Below, in pieces: positions 20,162 through 30,586 of a stretch of DNA of 64,000 nucleotides (position 1 is the stretch's first letter; each line of letters opens with the position of its first letter). The stretch spans positions 1,186 to 65,185 of the forward strand of contig JBGTJP010000007.1 of the NCBI GenBank assembly GCA_041745075.1, given 5' to 3'. The translations under genes were made by a program, and so were the position numbers. This stretch comes from Pyrinomonadaceae bacterium. Its GTDB lineage: Bacteria; Acidobacteriota; Blastocatellia; Pyrinomonadales; Pyrinomonadaceae. A model generated the notes under the pieces. That model did not search any database. It was not told the DNA's origin and saw only the letters and a program-made list of their open reading frames with translations.

Positions 20162-20188
20162 GTCTCGCTGTTGCAGCGAGGCTTTTTT
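20162..20188 (+). terminator. intrinsic terminator / SD-sequestering hairpin just before the ORF start
   Basis: gtctcgctg-ttg-cagcgaggc (the last position of the 9-bp stem is mismatched) followed by TTTTTTGTT. The 3' arm contains GAGG about 12 nt upstream of the ATG at 20192. Confidence 0.6.
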
Positions 20189-20191
20189 GTT

Positions 20192-22081
20192 ATGAAAAAC
20201 TTTCGGGAATTATTGGATTCGGACAGCGTTTATGTCTTTGACGGAGCGGTCGGAACGCGGCTCTACGACAAAGGCGTTTACATAAACCGAAGCTATGACG
20301 AGCTGAACCTGACCGCCCCCGATCTTGTCCGCGAGGTTCACGAAGAATACGTCAAGGCCGGTGCCGACATAATCGAAACGAACTCATTCGGTGCCACACG
20401 GCACAAACTGCAGCCATACGGTTTGGAAAGCAGGCTCCGCGACATCAATTTTGCCGCTGCCCGGATAGCACGCGAGGCCGCCGGAGAGGACGTTTTTGTT
20501 GCCGGTGCCGTCGGGCCTCTCGGCCTGCGCATCGAACCTTACGGCCCCACATCATTCGATGAGGCAAAAGATCTTTACAAAGAGCAGATCGCGGGACTGC
20601 TTGAAGGCGGTGTGGACCTTTTTATACTTGAGACATTTTCCGAGCTTGCCGCTATCGAACAGGCCATCAGGGCGGTCCGCGAACTTTCGGATCTGCCGAT
20701 CATCGCGCAAATGACCATCCAAATGGATGGAAACACAACTTTCGGCACGTCGCCCGAAGCCTTTACCGTCCGATTGGACAACCTGGGAGCCGATGTTATA
20801 GGCCTGAACTGCGGCATGGGCCCGAACCACGTTTTGACGGCCCTTGAAAAAATGCGGGGCGTCACAACCAAGAACCTGTCCGCACAGCCGAACGCAGGCC
20901 TTCCCCGCGATGTTCAGGGCCGGCAATTTTATATGGGATCGCCCGAATACATGGCGACGTTCGCAAAACGTTTTGTTCAGGCTGGAGCCCGATTTGTTGG
21001 AGGCTGCTGCGGGACGACACCTACCCATATCAAACTGATCGCCGATTCGATCCGCTCGATCAGTCCCCGTCAGCAGGTATTCGCATTATCGGCCGCCGCA
21101 AAAGTGACCGAGCTTACACCGAGCGACGTTACAGTCGTTTCGCCCGAAGAGCGTTCGAACTGGTCGCGCAAGATCGCCCGCCGCGAATTTGTTACATCCG
21201 TCGAGGTACTGCCGCCAAAGGGTTGCGACGCGCAAAAGACGCTCGAATCGATCGCTTTGTTAAAAGATGCCGGCGTCGATGCGGTGAATATTCCTGACGG
21301 CCCGCGTGCCCAAACGCGCATGTCCGCTCAGGCAACCGCGGTTTTGGTCGAGCAAAAGGTCGGCATCGAAGCCGTTTTGCACTACTGCTGTCGCGACCGG
21401 AACCTGCTTGGGATGATGTCGGACCTGCTCGGCGCAGCCGCACTCGGCCTGCACAATTTGCTCATCATCACGGGCGACCCGCCAAAGATGGGGCCTTATC
21501 CTGACGCCACCGCGGTTTTCGACATCGATTCGATCGGCCTGACGAATATGGCGAACAAGCTCAACCACGGGCTTGACCTCGGGAACAACCCGATCGGTCT
21601 GCCGACCGCTTTTTCGATCGGTGTTGGGGTGAATCCAGGCGCCGTAAATCTTGAGGAAGAGATCCGCCGTTTTGAATGGAAGGTCGAGGCGGGTGCCGAA
21701 TATGCTATCACTCAGCCGGTGTTCGATACCGAACAGCTTCGGACATTTCTCGAAAAGATATCGCACGTAAAGATCCCGATCGTTGCCGGCATCTGGCCGC
21801 TGGTTAGTTTTCGTAACGCCGAGTTTTTGCACAACGAAGTTCCCGGCGTCAATGTCACGCCCGAGATCCTGGAACGCATGCGCGTCGCCTCGGAAAATAG
21901 CAAGGAAAAAGCTCGGGAAGAAGGAATCGCGATCGCCCGCGAATCGCTCCTGGAAGTAAAAGATATCATCGCGGGAGTTCAGGTTTCGGCACCCTTTGGC
22001 AATGTACGCTACGCTTTGCAGGTTTTCGATGTCCTTGATGAATTTTCGAGTGAGCAAATTGATGTTGCGGCAGTTCAGTAG
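20192..22081 (+). CDS. bifunctional homocysteine S-methyltransferase-domain / 5,10-methylenetetrahydrofolate reductase (YitJ-like)
   Basis: The N-terminal half has the Hcy-binding domain pattern (...GADIIETNSF..., ...GGCCGTTP). The C-terminal half is MetF-like (...LLIITGDPP...). Confidence 0.88.
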   Translation: MKNFRELLDSDSVYVFDGAVGTRLYDKGVYINRSYDELNLTAPDLVREVHEEYVKAGADIIETNSFGATRHKLQPYGLESRLRDINFAAARIAREAAGEDVFVAGAVGPLGLRIEPYGPTSFDEAKDLYKEQIAGLLEGGVDLFILETFSELAAIEQAIRAVRELSDLPIIAQMTIQMDGNTTFGTSPEAFTVRLDNLGADVIGLNCGMGPNHVLTALEKMRGVTTKNLSAQPNAGLPRDVQGRQFYMGSPEYMATFAKRFVQAGARFVGGCCGTTPTHIKLIADSIRSISPRQQVFALSAAAKVTELTPSDVTVVSPEERSNWSRKIARREFVTSVEVLPPKGCDAQKTLESIALLKDAGVDAVNIPDGPRAQTRMSAQATAVLVEQKVGIEAVLHYCCRDRNLLGMMSDLLGAAALGLHNLLIITGDPPKMGPYPDATAVFDIDSIGLTNMANKLNHGLDLGNNPIGLPTAFSIGVGVNPGAVNLEEEIRRFEWKVEAGAEYAITQPVFDTEQLRTFLEKISHVKIPIVAGIWPLVSFRNAEFLHNEVPGVNVTPEILERMRVASENSKEKAREEGIAIARESLLEVKDIIAGVQVSAPFGNVRYALQVFDVLDEFSSEQIDVAAVQ

Positions 22082-22323
22082 TCAATGGTCCTGATGATTC
22101 CCGGCGCTAGTTTGCCGGGATTTTTCTTTGGCGGGTGAGTGAGCGTAAAGCGGTGATTGAAATCACCGACCGAAACATCCCTCCACTCATAATTAACGAC
22201 CGCTCCATCAGCGAACTCGTATTCGCGGACGATACGGGCATTCTCAAAAACCGTAGGCGTTTCGCGGACGATCTTGTCGATCTCGTCATTCATGATAATG
22301 GCGACGTATTTTTCGGTGCTCAT
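22075..22323 (-). CDS. hypothetical small protein
   Basis: 82-aa ORF convergent with the upstream gene. No recognisable motif. Confidence 0.45.
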   Translation of the reverse strand: MSTEKYVAIIMNDEIDKIVRETPTVFENARIVREYEFADGAVVNYEWRDVSVGDFNHRFTLTHPPKKNPGKLAPGIIRTIDY

Positions 22324-22336
22324 AGTTAACGGAGCT

Positions 22337-23299
22337 TCACGGTTTCAGAACGATCTTTCCGAGTGCCTTGCTTTCAATTATCTCATGATGCGCGCGCGGG
22401 GCCTCGGCCAGGGAAAAAGTACGGCTTATCTCCGGTTTTAGCGAACCTTCACTCAATCCCTTGAAAATCGCGGTGTGGATATCGTCGAGTTTTTCCTGCG
22501 GCGTATTGAACAGCGACATTCCATATATCGTTGCATCCTTTGTCATCGCAAGCCGGGGCGTGAACTGGATGCTGCCGCGATTACCGACTACGACGATCCG
22601 CCCGAACATCCCGAGTGCTTCAAAATCGCGCTCAAGATTTTCGTTCGCAAGCATCTCGATAATAATATCGACACCCTTGCTTTTGGCGAACTGTCGGACC
22701 TCCTCGAAATGATCTTCGTCGGAGTGGTCGAAAACGGCGTCGGCCCCCTGATCTCTGATAAGCTGTTTTCCTTCATCAGAGCTGGCCGTTCCGATCACCG
22801 TCAGGCCCGCATTCTTAGCCCATTGAACGGCCGCAATGCCAACACCGCCAGAAGCTCCGTGGATCAGAACGGTTTCGCCGGACTTCGCGCCTGCCTTTTG
22901 GAATAAAGCTCGGTATGAGGTAGCATACGGCGTCCAGATGCCCGCACCGGCCTCGTAGCTTATGATGTCCGGCAGAGTTCCAAGATGGGCTTCGCCGCAA
23001 AGTGAATATTCGGCATATGTTCCTGAAATTGAGCCGGCAATATAGACGCGATCGCCCGGTTTGAACCTCGTCACATCGGTACCGACATTTTCGACAACAC
23101 CCGCGCCGTCCTTTCCCGGCGTATAGGGCAAATTCGGAGCGTGTGCATGGATGCCCGTCCGCAGATAGGTATCGACAGGATTAACACCGGCGGCCTCGAT
23201 CTTCACTAGAACCTGGCCCGCCGAAGCCGCTGGAACGGCAAGTTCCTCGATCTTCATTACCTCGGGCGGTCCGAATTCGTTTACGACGTTCGCTTTCAT
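22337..23299 (-). CDS. NADPH:quinone oxidoreductase (zeta-crystallin family)
   Basis: MKANVVNEFGPPEVMKIEE... start at 23299 and the GASGGVGIAAVQ Rossmann motif. Confidence 0.85.
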   Translation of the reverse strand: MKANVVNEFGPPEVMKIEELAVPAASAGQVLVKIEAAGVNPVDTYLRTGIHAHAPNLPYTPGKDGAGVVENVGTDVTRFKPGDRVYIAGSISGTYAEYSLCGEAHLGTLPDIISYEAGAGIWTPYATSYRALFQKAGAKSGETVLIHGASGGVGIAAVQWAKNAGLTVIGTASSDEGKQLIRDQGADAVFDHSDEDHFEEVRQFAKSKGVDIIIEMLANENLERDFEALGMFGRIVVVGNRGSIQFTPRLAMTKDATIYGMSLFNTPQEKLDDIHTAIFKGLSEGSLKPEISRTFSLAEAPRAHHEIIESKALGKIVLKP

Positions 23300-23358
23300 A
23301 AATGTCCAACAAACTTCAGTTTGTTGCTCCCCGTGCGGCAAACTGATGTTTGCCGACG

Positions 23359-25221
23359 CTATTCCACCGTCACCGATTTCGCCAAATTGCGGGGCTGATC
23401 CACGTCGCATCCGCGGCGGACAGCAATATGATATGACAAAAGCTGCAGGGGCACGACCGACAGGATCGGGCCAAGCAGATCCGAGGTTTCGGGGATCTCG
23501 ATCACGTGGTCCGAGACCTTTGAGCTCATTCCGTCGCCCTCGGTCAGTACCGCGACCACGATACCGTCGCGAGCCTTTACCTCAACAATATTCGAGTGCG
23601 TTTTTTCGTACCGAAGTTGGCTGGCCGGATCGGCCTCGGCCCGGGTGTTAACAATTACGACGGGGAGCTTTTCATCGATCAACGCATTTGGACCGTGCTT
23701 CATTTCGCCGGCCGGATAGCCTTCCGCATGAATGTAACTGATCTCTTTTAATTTCAGCGCCCCTTCCAACGCGACAGGGAAATTTATGCCGCGGCCAAGG
23801 TATAGGAAATCCTGAACGCGGAAAAAATCCTTTGAAAGCTCTTCGATAGAATCGGCATCATTCAAAAGCTGTTCGATCTTGAGTGGCAGTTCGGCCAATT
23901 CCTGCGCCAGCTTTTTGGCTCCGTCCTCGTCAACCAACCCGCGCACCTGCCCGAGATGCGAGGCGAACAAATAAAGCGCGACCATCTGCGACGTAAATGC
24001 CTTGGTCGAAGCAACACCGATCTCCGGCCCGGCGTGTGTCAGGATAGTGCCGTCGGCCTCGCGGTGGATCATCGAGCCCTGAACATTGCAGATCGCAAGG
24101 ACCTTGCAGCCGGCCTGCTTTGCTTCGCGCATCGCGGCGATGGTGTCCGCCGTTTCACCTGATTGCGAAATGACGATTAACAGGTCCGTGTCCCGCAGGA
24201 CCGGATCGCGGTAGCGGAATTCCGAAGCGTAATCAACCTCGACGGGAACGCGGGCCAGCTTTTCGAGCATGTACTTGCCCGCGAGCCCGGCGTGCCACGA
24301 TGTGCCGCAGGCCGCGATCTTGACCGACGTCAACGCCTGAAGATCTTCGTCGGAAATATCCATCGGGTCAAGATATATCTTGCCCGTGTCAAGGGAAACG
24401 CGGCCTTGAGATGTATCGCGAACCGCCCGAGGCTGTTCGTATATCTCCTTTAGCATGAAGTGCTTAAAGCCGCCCTTTTCTGCCATTATCGGGTCCCAGG
24501 TGATTCGCTGTTGTTTCGGCTCGATCACGTTGCCGTCGAAATCCGTGACCCGCACTGAATCCTTGGTGAGCACCGCAATTTCGCGGTCGCCGAGGAAAAA
24601 CACGTCGCGGGTGTGCTGAAGGATCGGCGGAATGTCGGACGCGACAAAAAATTCTCCGTCACCGAGGCCGATGACAACGGGCGGCCCTTCGCGAACGGCG
24701 ATGACCGTGTCCGGAACATCGACCGAAATTATCGATAAGGCAAAGATGCCCTTAAGTTCCTTCACGGCTTCGCGGACGGCCTCCTCAAAAGGCAGCCCCT
24801 CGCCGTTTACGTAATGCCCGATCAAATGAGCCACAACTTCGGTGTCCGTCTCGGTCTTGAAATCGCTCCCGTTTGCCGACAGACGGTCCTTGAGGGTCAG
24901 ATAATTTTCTATGATCCCGTTGTGGACAACGACGATCTTGCCTGACTGATCACGATGCGGATGTGCATTTTCCTCGGTCGGGCGCCCGTGCGTAGCCCAA
25001 CGCGTATGCCCGATGCCGTAATTGCCGTCGAGCGGATTTAGCCGTATCGCTTCTTCGAGGTTTCGCAGTTTTCCTTCGGCCCGCCGTAGTTCAAGATGAT
25101 TGTCATCATCCACCACGGCGATCCCCGCCGAGTCATAACCGCGATACTCAAGTTTCCGCAAGCCGTCAATGATCAACGGCACTACCTGTTTATTTCCAAC
25201 GTATCCGACAATTCCGCACAT
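23359..25221 (-). CDS. glmS: glutamine--fructose-6-phosphate aminotransferase
   Basis: MCGIVGY N-terminal nucleophile, two SIS domains, and a C-terminal ...AKSVTVE. Confidence 0.97.
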   Translation of the reverse strand: MCGIVGYVGNKQVVPLIIDGLRKLEYRGYDSAGIAVVDDDNHLELRRAEGKLRNLEEAIRLNPLDGNYGIGHTRWATHGRPTEENAHPHRDQSGKIVVVHNGIIENYLTLKDRLSANGSDFKTETDTEVVAHLIGHYVNGEGLPFEEAVREAVKELKGIFALSIISVDVPDTVIAVREGPPVVIGLGDGEFFVASDIPPILQHTRDVFFLGDREIAVLTKDSVRVTDFDGNVIEPKQQRITWDPIMAEKGGFKHFMLKEIYEQPRAVRDTSQGRVSLDTGKIYLDPMDISDEDLQALTSVKIAACGTSWHAGLAGKYMLEKLARVPVEVDYASEFRYRDPVLRDTDLLIVISQSGETADTIAAMREAKQAGCKVLAICNVQGSMIHREADGTILTHAGPEIGVASTKAFTSQMVALYLFASHLGQVRGLVDEDGAKKLAQELAELPLKIEQLLNDADSIEELSKDFFRVQDFLYLGRGINFPVALEGALKLKEISYIHAEGYPAGEMKHGPNALIDEKLPVVIVNTRAEADPASQLRYEKTHSNIVEVKARDGIVVAVLTEGDGMSSKVSDHVIEIPETSDLLGPILSVVPLQLLSYHIAVRRGCDVDQPRNLAKSVTVE

Positions 25222-25234
25222 ATTCTAATAAAAC

Positions 25235-26668
25235 CTACATGGAGCCGCTCTGGCCTTTTTCACCTTTGACACCAAGTTCCTTTATCTTTTTCGCCGGAGC
25301 CCCGACGACCAGGGTGTTTGGCTCAACATCCTTCGTAACAACACTTCCCGCACCTGTCACAGCATCATCACCTACGTTCACCGGAGCGACCAGCATCGTG
25401 TCCGAGCCGATCTTTACGCGGTCGCCGATGTGCGTCTCGTGCTTGTTCTTGCCGTCGTAATTGCAAGTGATAACGCCGGCACCGATGTTGGTGTCCTCGC
25501 CGATTGTGGCGTCGCCGAGATAGGTCAGGTGGCTTGCCTTTGAGCCTTTGCCGAGACGCGTTTTCTTTAATTCGACAAAATTCCCGACCTTCGACCCCTC
25601 GGCCATTACGGCGTTCCCGCGCAGGTGGGCCATCGGTCCAACGGCGCAGCCGCTCTCGACCTCGGAATCGATGATAAAGCAATTATCGCGAATCTCGACA
25701 TTATTGCCGATCTTTGCATTGGAAAGCCTCGTCCCCGGCCAAATAATGCAGCCTTCACCGATCTCCGTCCGTCCTTCGATAAAAACATTGGGATAAATGA
25801 CCGTGTCGCGGCCGATCACTGCCTGGGCGCTGACATAAGCGTTCTTGGGGTCGATAAAAGTGACCCCGTGATCCAGCATCAGCCGTGACATTGTCCGCCT
25901 ACGCAGGATGCGTTCAAGATCGGCCAACTGGGCACGATTGTTCACGCCCTCTATTTCCTGAGCGTCGTTGAATTGAAAAATCGCGACATTCTCGCCGGCA
26001 CTCTGCAACAGTGCGGGCACATCGGTCAGGTAATATTCACCCTGTGAGTTATTGTTCTTTACGGCAGAGAGGGCGGAATAAAGATTTCGCGAATCGAAAC
26101 AATAAATGCCCGCGTTTATCTCCGAGATCTTCTTTTCTTCATCGGTAGCATCTTTTTGTTCGACGATCCGCTCGAACGCTCCTGAATCGTCACGAACGAT
26201 CCGTCCGTAACCGGTAGGGTCGTTCAATCTCACCGTAAGCACCGTACAGGCGGCACCATGTTCAAGGTAACGATGATGGTGCTGGACAAGCGCCGCAAGG
26301 GTCTCTGGCCGGATCATTGGCACATCGCCTGACAGCACGACCAGGGTCGAATCGTCGTTCTCCAAATAAGAGCGAGCGGCGTTTACCGCGTCACCGGTTC
26401 CGAGCTGGTCCTGCTGCGTTACAAAAACCACTTTTTGTCCATCAAGTTCGTTAAGTACCGAGGCTTTTACCTCGTCGCCCTGATGTCCGATGACGACATA
26501 AATAGTCTGCGGCGCAAGCGCCGTAGCGGTCCGGCAAACGTGGTTTATCAACGGCCGTCCGTCCAGCTTATGGAGCACCTTCGCCAGTTCGGATCTCATG
26601 CGCGTGCCAAGTCCTGCGGCAAGCACAAGGACATTCAATGGTCGTTGTTCTGTCGGACTATCAGGCAT
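25235..26668 (-). CDS. glmU: bifunctional UDP-N-acetylglucosamine pyrophosphorylase / GlcN-1-P acetyltransferase
   Basis: LAAGLGTRM motif plus a C-terminal hexapeptide-repeat domain. It lies directly upstream of glmS. Confidence 0.95.
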   Translation of the reverse strand: MPDSPTEQRPLNVLVLAAGLGTRMRSELAKVLHKLDGRPLINHVCRTATALAPQTIYVVIGHQGDEVKASVLNELDGQKVVFVTQQDQLGTGDAVNAARSYLENDDSTLVVLSGDVPMIRPETLAALVQHHHRYLEHGAACTVLTVRLNDPTGYGRIVRDDSGAFERIVEQKDATDEEKKISEINAGIYCFDSRNLYSALSAVKNNNSQGEYYLTDVPALLQSAGENVAIFQFNDAQEIEGVNNRAQLADLERILRRRTMSRLMLDHGVTFIDPKNAYVSAQAVIGRDTVIYPNVFIEGRTEIGEGCIIWPGTRLSNAKIGNNVEIRDNCFIIDSEVESGCAVGPMAHLRGNAVMAEGSKVGNFVELKKTRLGKGSKASHLTYLGDATIGEDTNIGAGVITCNYDGKNKHETHIGDRVKIGSDTMLVAPVNVGDDAVTGAGSVVTKDVEPNTLVVGAPAKKIKELGVKGEKGQSGSM

Positions 26669-26715
26669 AAAAACAGCGGGCGAAACAGGTTAGCCTTTGG
26701 CGGCAAAATGCCGAC

Positions 26716-27777
26716 TTACTTCTCCGAGATACAGCCGAGAACGGCTTCAGCCAGTTTGGCCGGATCGTGGCGCACCTTTTCCCCAGCCTCCAGTAGATTA
26801 CCATAAACGATAGTTGCCCCTTCAATCGAATCGCCTGATATCGAGCCGTGCACGCCGATCTGTTCGGCCCCTTCAACCTCATAAACTGACGACTGTAACT
26901 CGCTGATACGCTGGCGGTTCACTATGATGTGATCGAATTGCAGACCGGGCGCATATTCGCGAACGATCTCAAGGTGGCGCCGCGCAGTCAGGCCGTCGGT
27001 CTCGCCGGGCTGGGTCATCAAATTGCACACAAATATTTTGACGGCCGTTGATTCCGATATCGCCTCTGCAACACCTTGAACCAGCAGCGGCGGCAACAAA
27101 CTTGTGTACAACGAACCGGGACCGACGGTTATCAGGTCTGCGTTTGCTATTGCCTCTAGTGCTTTTGGAAGCGGGCGGCAGTCGGCCGGTTCGAGATACA
27201 GCCTTTTCAGTGAGCCGCCAAGCTTGCTGATACGAGTTTCGCCTTTCACGCTTGACCCATCCGTCAGTTCGGCAACAAGCCGCACATCGGCCAGTGTTGC
27301 GGGATAAATATGGCCCTTGCTCGCAAGGATCTCGGAAGAGAGCTTCACTGCCTCGGCGAAATCCCCCGTTATTTCTGAAAGGGCCGCCAGGAATAAATTG
27401 CCAAAATTGTGCCCGCCCAGATCGCCGATGCCGCGAAAGCGATGTTGAAAAAGCTGAGAAAGAAGGTTCGAATCCTCGGACAGGGCGACCATACAGTTGC
27501 GCACGTCACCGGGCGGCGGCATCTGAAGTTCATCTCGCAGGCGGCCTGAACTTCCGCCATCGTCCGAAACCGCAACGATCGCCGAAAGGTCCGATATGCC
27601 AGGTTCCGTCCCCGAGCCTACATATTTCTTCAGGCCCGACAAAAGCGTTGCCAGGCCGGTCCCGCCGCCGATGGCAACGCACTTGATGTCTTGACATTGA
27701 TTATTCAAGATAGTTAAAAGGTTCGACCGACCGTAATTAGGATCACGCCATTCCCGCAAGGTAAACGGGAAACGCAC
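26716..27777 (-). CDS. yvcK: YvcK/CofD-family protein (gluconeogenesis factor, UPF0052)
   Basis: KCVAIGGGTGLATLLSGLKKY N-terminal motif and a length of about 350 aa. Confidence 0.82.
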   Translation of the reverse strand: MRFPFTLREWRDPNYGRSNLLTILNNQCQDIKCVAIGGGTGLATLLSGLKKYVGSGTEPGISDLSAIVAVSDDGGSSGRLRDELQMPPPGDVRNCMVALSEDSNLLSQLFQHRFRGIGDLGGHNFGNLFLAALSEITGDFAEAVKLSSEILASKGHIYPATLADVRLVAELTDGSSVKGETRISKLGGSLKRLYLEPADCRPLPKALEAIANADLITVGPGSLYTSLLPPLLVQGVAEAISESTAVKIFVCNLMTQPGETDGLTARRHLEIVREYAPGLQFDHIIVNRQRISELQSSVYEVEGAEQIGVHGSISGDSIEGATIVYGNLLEAGEKVRHDPAKLAEAVLGCISEK

Positions 27778-28023
27778 AGCCTGTTAGCCAGCGGAGGTTT
27801 GATTCGAGCATTACTGGCGATAATTTAGCCGTGAATGCCCGCGTTTGCCGCCAATAAAATCGGGTTTTGCCCCGAAAGCAAAAAATACTTGAAGCGGCCC
27901 TTGTACATATGTTAGATTTAATGGTGAGGTTTTTCCCAAGAACCTCAGCCCTCGCGTCGCTCATTGCATTTCGCCTCAACAAAGCTTGCCGCAATAGTTA
28001 TACTCAAATACAGAGAATATCAA

Positions 28024-28506
28024 ATGGCTCAATCGCCTTTTATTTTACAAGAACACCAGTTTCAAAGGCTAAAAATGGTCTTAGCCAGGTTGTGTGTCGA
28101 GTGCGCGTCCCGTGTCGTTTTCCTTGTGGACCGCGACGGACAGACGATCGCCTTTCACGGCGACATCGGTGACATGGACACGATGAGCTTTTCGTCGCTT
28201 GCGGCCGGTAATGTTGCGGCCACCAGCAGCATGGCAAAGCTTATAGGCGAGGACGTATTCCCGGCGGTTGTGCACGAGGGCGAACGTGAAAGCATCTTTA
28301 TTAGCGTGATCGGCCGCAGCCTGCTGGTCGTTGTGTTCGATGAACGATCGACATTAGGCCTGGTCAAGTTAAGAACAAAGAAGGCCAGTTTTGAAGTTGC
28401 ATCCATTCTTGATGAAGCGGTTCGCGAGTCCGCAACATTTAGTGTAAGCAGTTCCTCGGTTTTTGCCGAGATCACCGACGAAGACATCGACAGTCTTTTC
28501 GGTTAA
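28024..28506 (+). CDS. mglB: Roadblock/LC7-domain protein, MglB-like GAP
   Basis: About 160 aa, immediately upstream of mglA. It shows the typical roadblock pattern (...VFLVDRDGQTIA...SLAAGNVAAT...). Confidence 0.7.
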   Translation: MAQSPFILQEHQFQRLKMVLARLCVECASRVVFLVDRDGQTIAFHGDIGDMDTMSFSSLAAGNVAATSSMAKLIGEDVFPAVVHEGERESIFISVIGRSLLVVVFDERSTLGLVKLRTKKASFEVASILDEAVRESATFSVSSSSVFAEITDEDIDSLFG

Positions 28507-28538
28507 ACGACCTTGATATAGAATATTCGGCAAACGTT

Positions 28539-29123
28539 ATGACATTCATTAATTACGCGTCACGCGAGATCAATTGCAAGATCGTTTACTACGGCCCGGG
28601 GCTGTGTGGTAAAACGACCAAGCTCCAATATATCTACGATTCGACCGCGCCACAGGCAAAGGGAAAGCTGATCAGCCTTGCGACTGAGACGGATAGAACT
28701 TTGTTTTTCGATTTTATGCCGTTAGAGCTGGGCACGGTCCGCGGATTCAAAACCCGCTTTCACCTCTATACCGTTCCAGGCCAGGTGTATTACGACGCGT
28801 CGCGAAAGCTGATATTAAAAGGCGTTGACGGTGTCGTTTTTGTCGCGGACAGCCAGGACGAACGGATGGACGCCAACATTGAATCGCTCTATAATCTTGA
28901 AGAGAATCTTCAAACGCAGGGCTATGACCTGGCGCAGATCCCATACGTCCTTCAGTTGAACAAGCGTGACCTTCCTAATGTCACGCCGATGGACGAACTT
29001 ACCCACGAATTGATTCGAAAGGGTGAGCCCGTGTTCGAGGCCGTCGCAACGGACGGGACCGGCGTATTTGATACCCTGAAAGCCGTGGCCAAACAAGTCC
29101 TGACTGAGCTGCGAAAGACCTAG
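28539..29123 (+). CDS. mglA: Ras-like polarity/motility GTPase MglA
   Basis: MTFINYASREINCKIVYYGPGLCGKTT... is nearly identical in pattern to the Myxococcus MglA N-terminus. Confidence 0.9.
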   Translation: MTFINYASREINCKIVYYGPGLCGKTTKLQYIYDSTAPQAKGKLISLATETDRTLFFDFMPLELGTVRGFKTRFHLYTVPGQVYYDASRKLILKGVDGVVFVADSQDERMDANIESLYNLEENLQTQGYDLAQIPYVLQLNKRDLPNVTPMDELTHELIRKGEPVFEAVATDGTGVFDTLKAVAKQVLTELRKT

Positions 29124-29148
29124 TAAAATTAACCGTACTGAAGGAATG

Positions 29149-29182
29149 AAAAGCCGCCGTGCAATTTGCACCGGCGGCTTTG
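29149..29182. terminator. bidirectional hairpin terminator between mglA and tRNA-Asp
   Basis: aagccgccg / cggcggctt 9-bp stem (arms around 29151-29159 and 29172-29180), flanked by A-rich sequence on one side and T-rich sequence on the other. Confidence 0.55.
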
Positions 29183-29187
29183 ACTTT

Positions 29188-29268
<81 letters not shown>

Positions 29269-29339
29269 CTGCGTTGAGAGTGTTGAGTTCAGAGTCGCGA
29301 GTTAACCCGGCTCTCTACCCTTATCTCTCAACTTATTTC

Positions 29340-29415
29340 TGGTGGGCACGAAGGGACTCGAACCCCTAACTTCCTCCTTGTAAGGGAGGCTGTCTACCAA
29401 TTGACGTACGTGCCC
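29340..29415 (-). tRNA. tRNA-Val (anticodon TAC)
   Basis: The reverse complement has the acceptor stem GGGCACG/CGTGCCC, anticodon stem-loop CCTCC-CTTACAA-GGAGG, T loop TTCGAGT, and A-CCA at the 3' end. Confidence 0.88.
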
Positions 29416-29567
29416 GGACCTTTTTTACTGCTCTTTCGGCACCCAGGCCGTCCGGCGTAACTCTCAACAAAAACAAGCCTTTCCGTCAAAAAGGCGAACT
29501 GACATCGTACGAAAACGCCCCGGTGATGTCAAGTTTCATAACATCACACCAGCGAACTGATATCTTT

Positions 29568-30521
29568 TTAGGAACATCGTTCAAGGATATGCTTCGCGAT
29601 GCCTGCAAGTAACGAAGTCGGGCGGCCGATAGGCCCAAGGTTTTCGATCGTTCTCTCGCAAAGCCGTTGTGCAAGAGCTCCGGTTTCCTCTATCCCGAAA
29701 ACGCTTGGATAAGTGGCCTTGCTGGCGGCGACGTCCTTGCGGGCGGTTTTACCCAGATCTGCCGTCGTTTGCGTTACGTCGAGCAAGTCATCGGTTATCT
29801 GGAACAGAAGTCCAAGATTTGCCGAATATTCGGCGATCGCTCGTGCTTCATCCGCGGCGCCATTACCGATTATCAAGCCGGCCCTTCCACAAGCGGCGAT
29901 CAGCGCGCCGGTTTTTAACCGATGGATCTGCTCTATCTCACCGATCGAGCTGTTTTTCCCCTCGGCCTCCAGGTCAAGCTGCTGCCCGGCAACCATTCCG
30001 TGCGGAGTACCGGCCGCCCTTGCGAGTTCGGTGATAAGCTCAATGCGCATTTCCGGCGAAAGCGTTGTGTCCTCGGCGACGGCCTGAAACGCGAGCGTTT
30101 CAAGAACATCACCCGCCAGAATTGCAGTCGCCTCATCGAATTTCTTGTGGCAGGTTTCGCGGCCCCGCCGAAGATCATCGTTGTCCATAGACGGCAGGTC
30201 GTCGTGGATAAGCGAGTAAGTATGGATCATTTCAACCGCCGCCGCGGTCCGCAAAAGCTTTTCGACCGGCGCATCAAAGGTCTGTCCAACAGCAAAAACA
30301 AGCGCCGGACGAAACCGTTTTCCGCCGGCAAAAAGGCTCCAGCGTATCGCAGCGTGAAGGCGTCGCGGGGCCACTTCGGCCTTTGGTATTAGCTCATCGA
30401 GCGATTCATCAACCAGCCGGACGGACTCCGCAAGAAACTCTTCTAAATTACTCACAATCCGAGAATTATCGTTCAATCGCGCCGGCAATTCAAAACTGGT
30501 CTTTGTCGGAAGCTGTGGCAT
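29568..30521 (-). CDS. polyprenyl diphosphate synthase (FPP/GGPP synthase family)
   Basis: First and second Asp-rich motifs are present: LIHDDLPSMDNDDLRRG and FQITDDLLD. Confidence 0.9.
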   Translation of the reverse strand: MPQLPTKTSFELPARLNDNSRIVSNLEEFLAESVRLVDESLDELIPKAEVAPRRLHAAIRWSLFAGGKRFRPALVFAVGQTFDAPVEKLLRTAAAVEMIHTYSLIHDDLPSMDNDDLRRGRETCHKKFDEATAILAGDVLETLAFQAVAEDTTLSPEMRIELITELARAAGTPHGMVAGQQLDLEAEGKNSSIGEIEQIHRLKTGALIAACGRAGLIIGNGAADEARAIAEYSANLGLLFQITDDLLDVTQTTADLGKTARKDVAASKATYPSVFGIEETGALAQRLCERTIENLGPIGRPTSLLAGIAKHILERCS

Positions 30522-30586
30522 ACGCCTCGTTAGGCCGTGGGTTTTTGCTTATCGATGTACGATAGGATAAATTTCAAAATAGCTTC

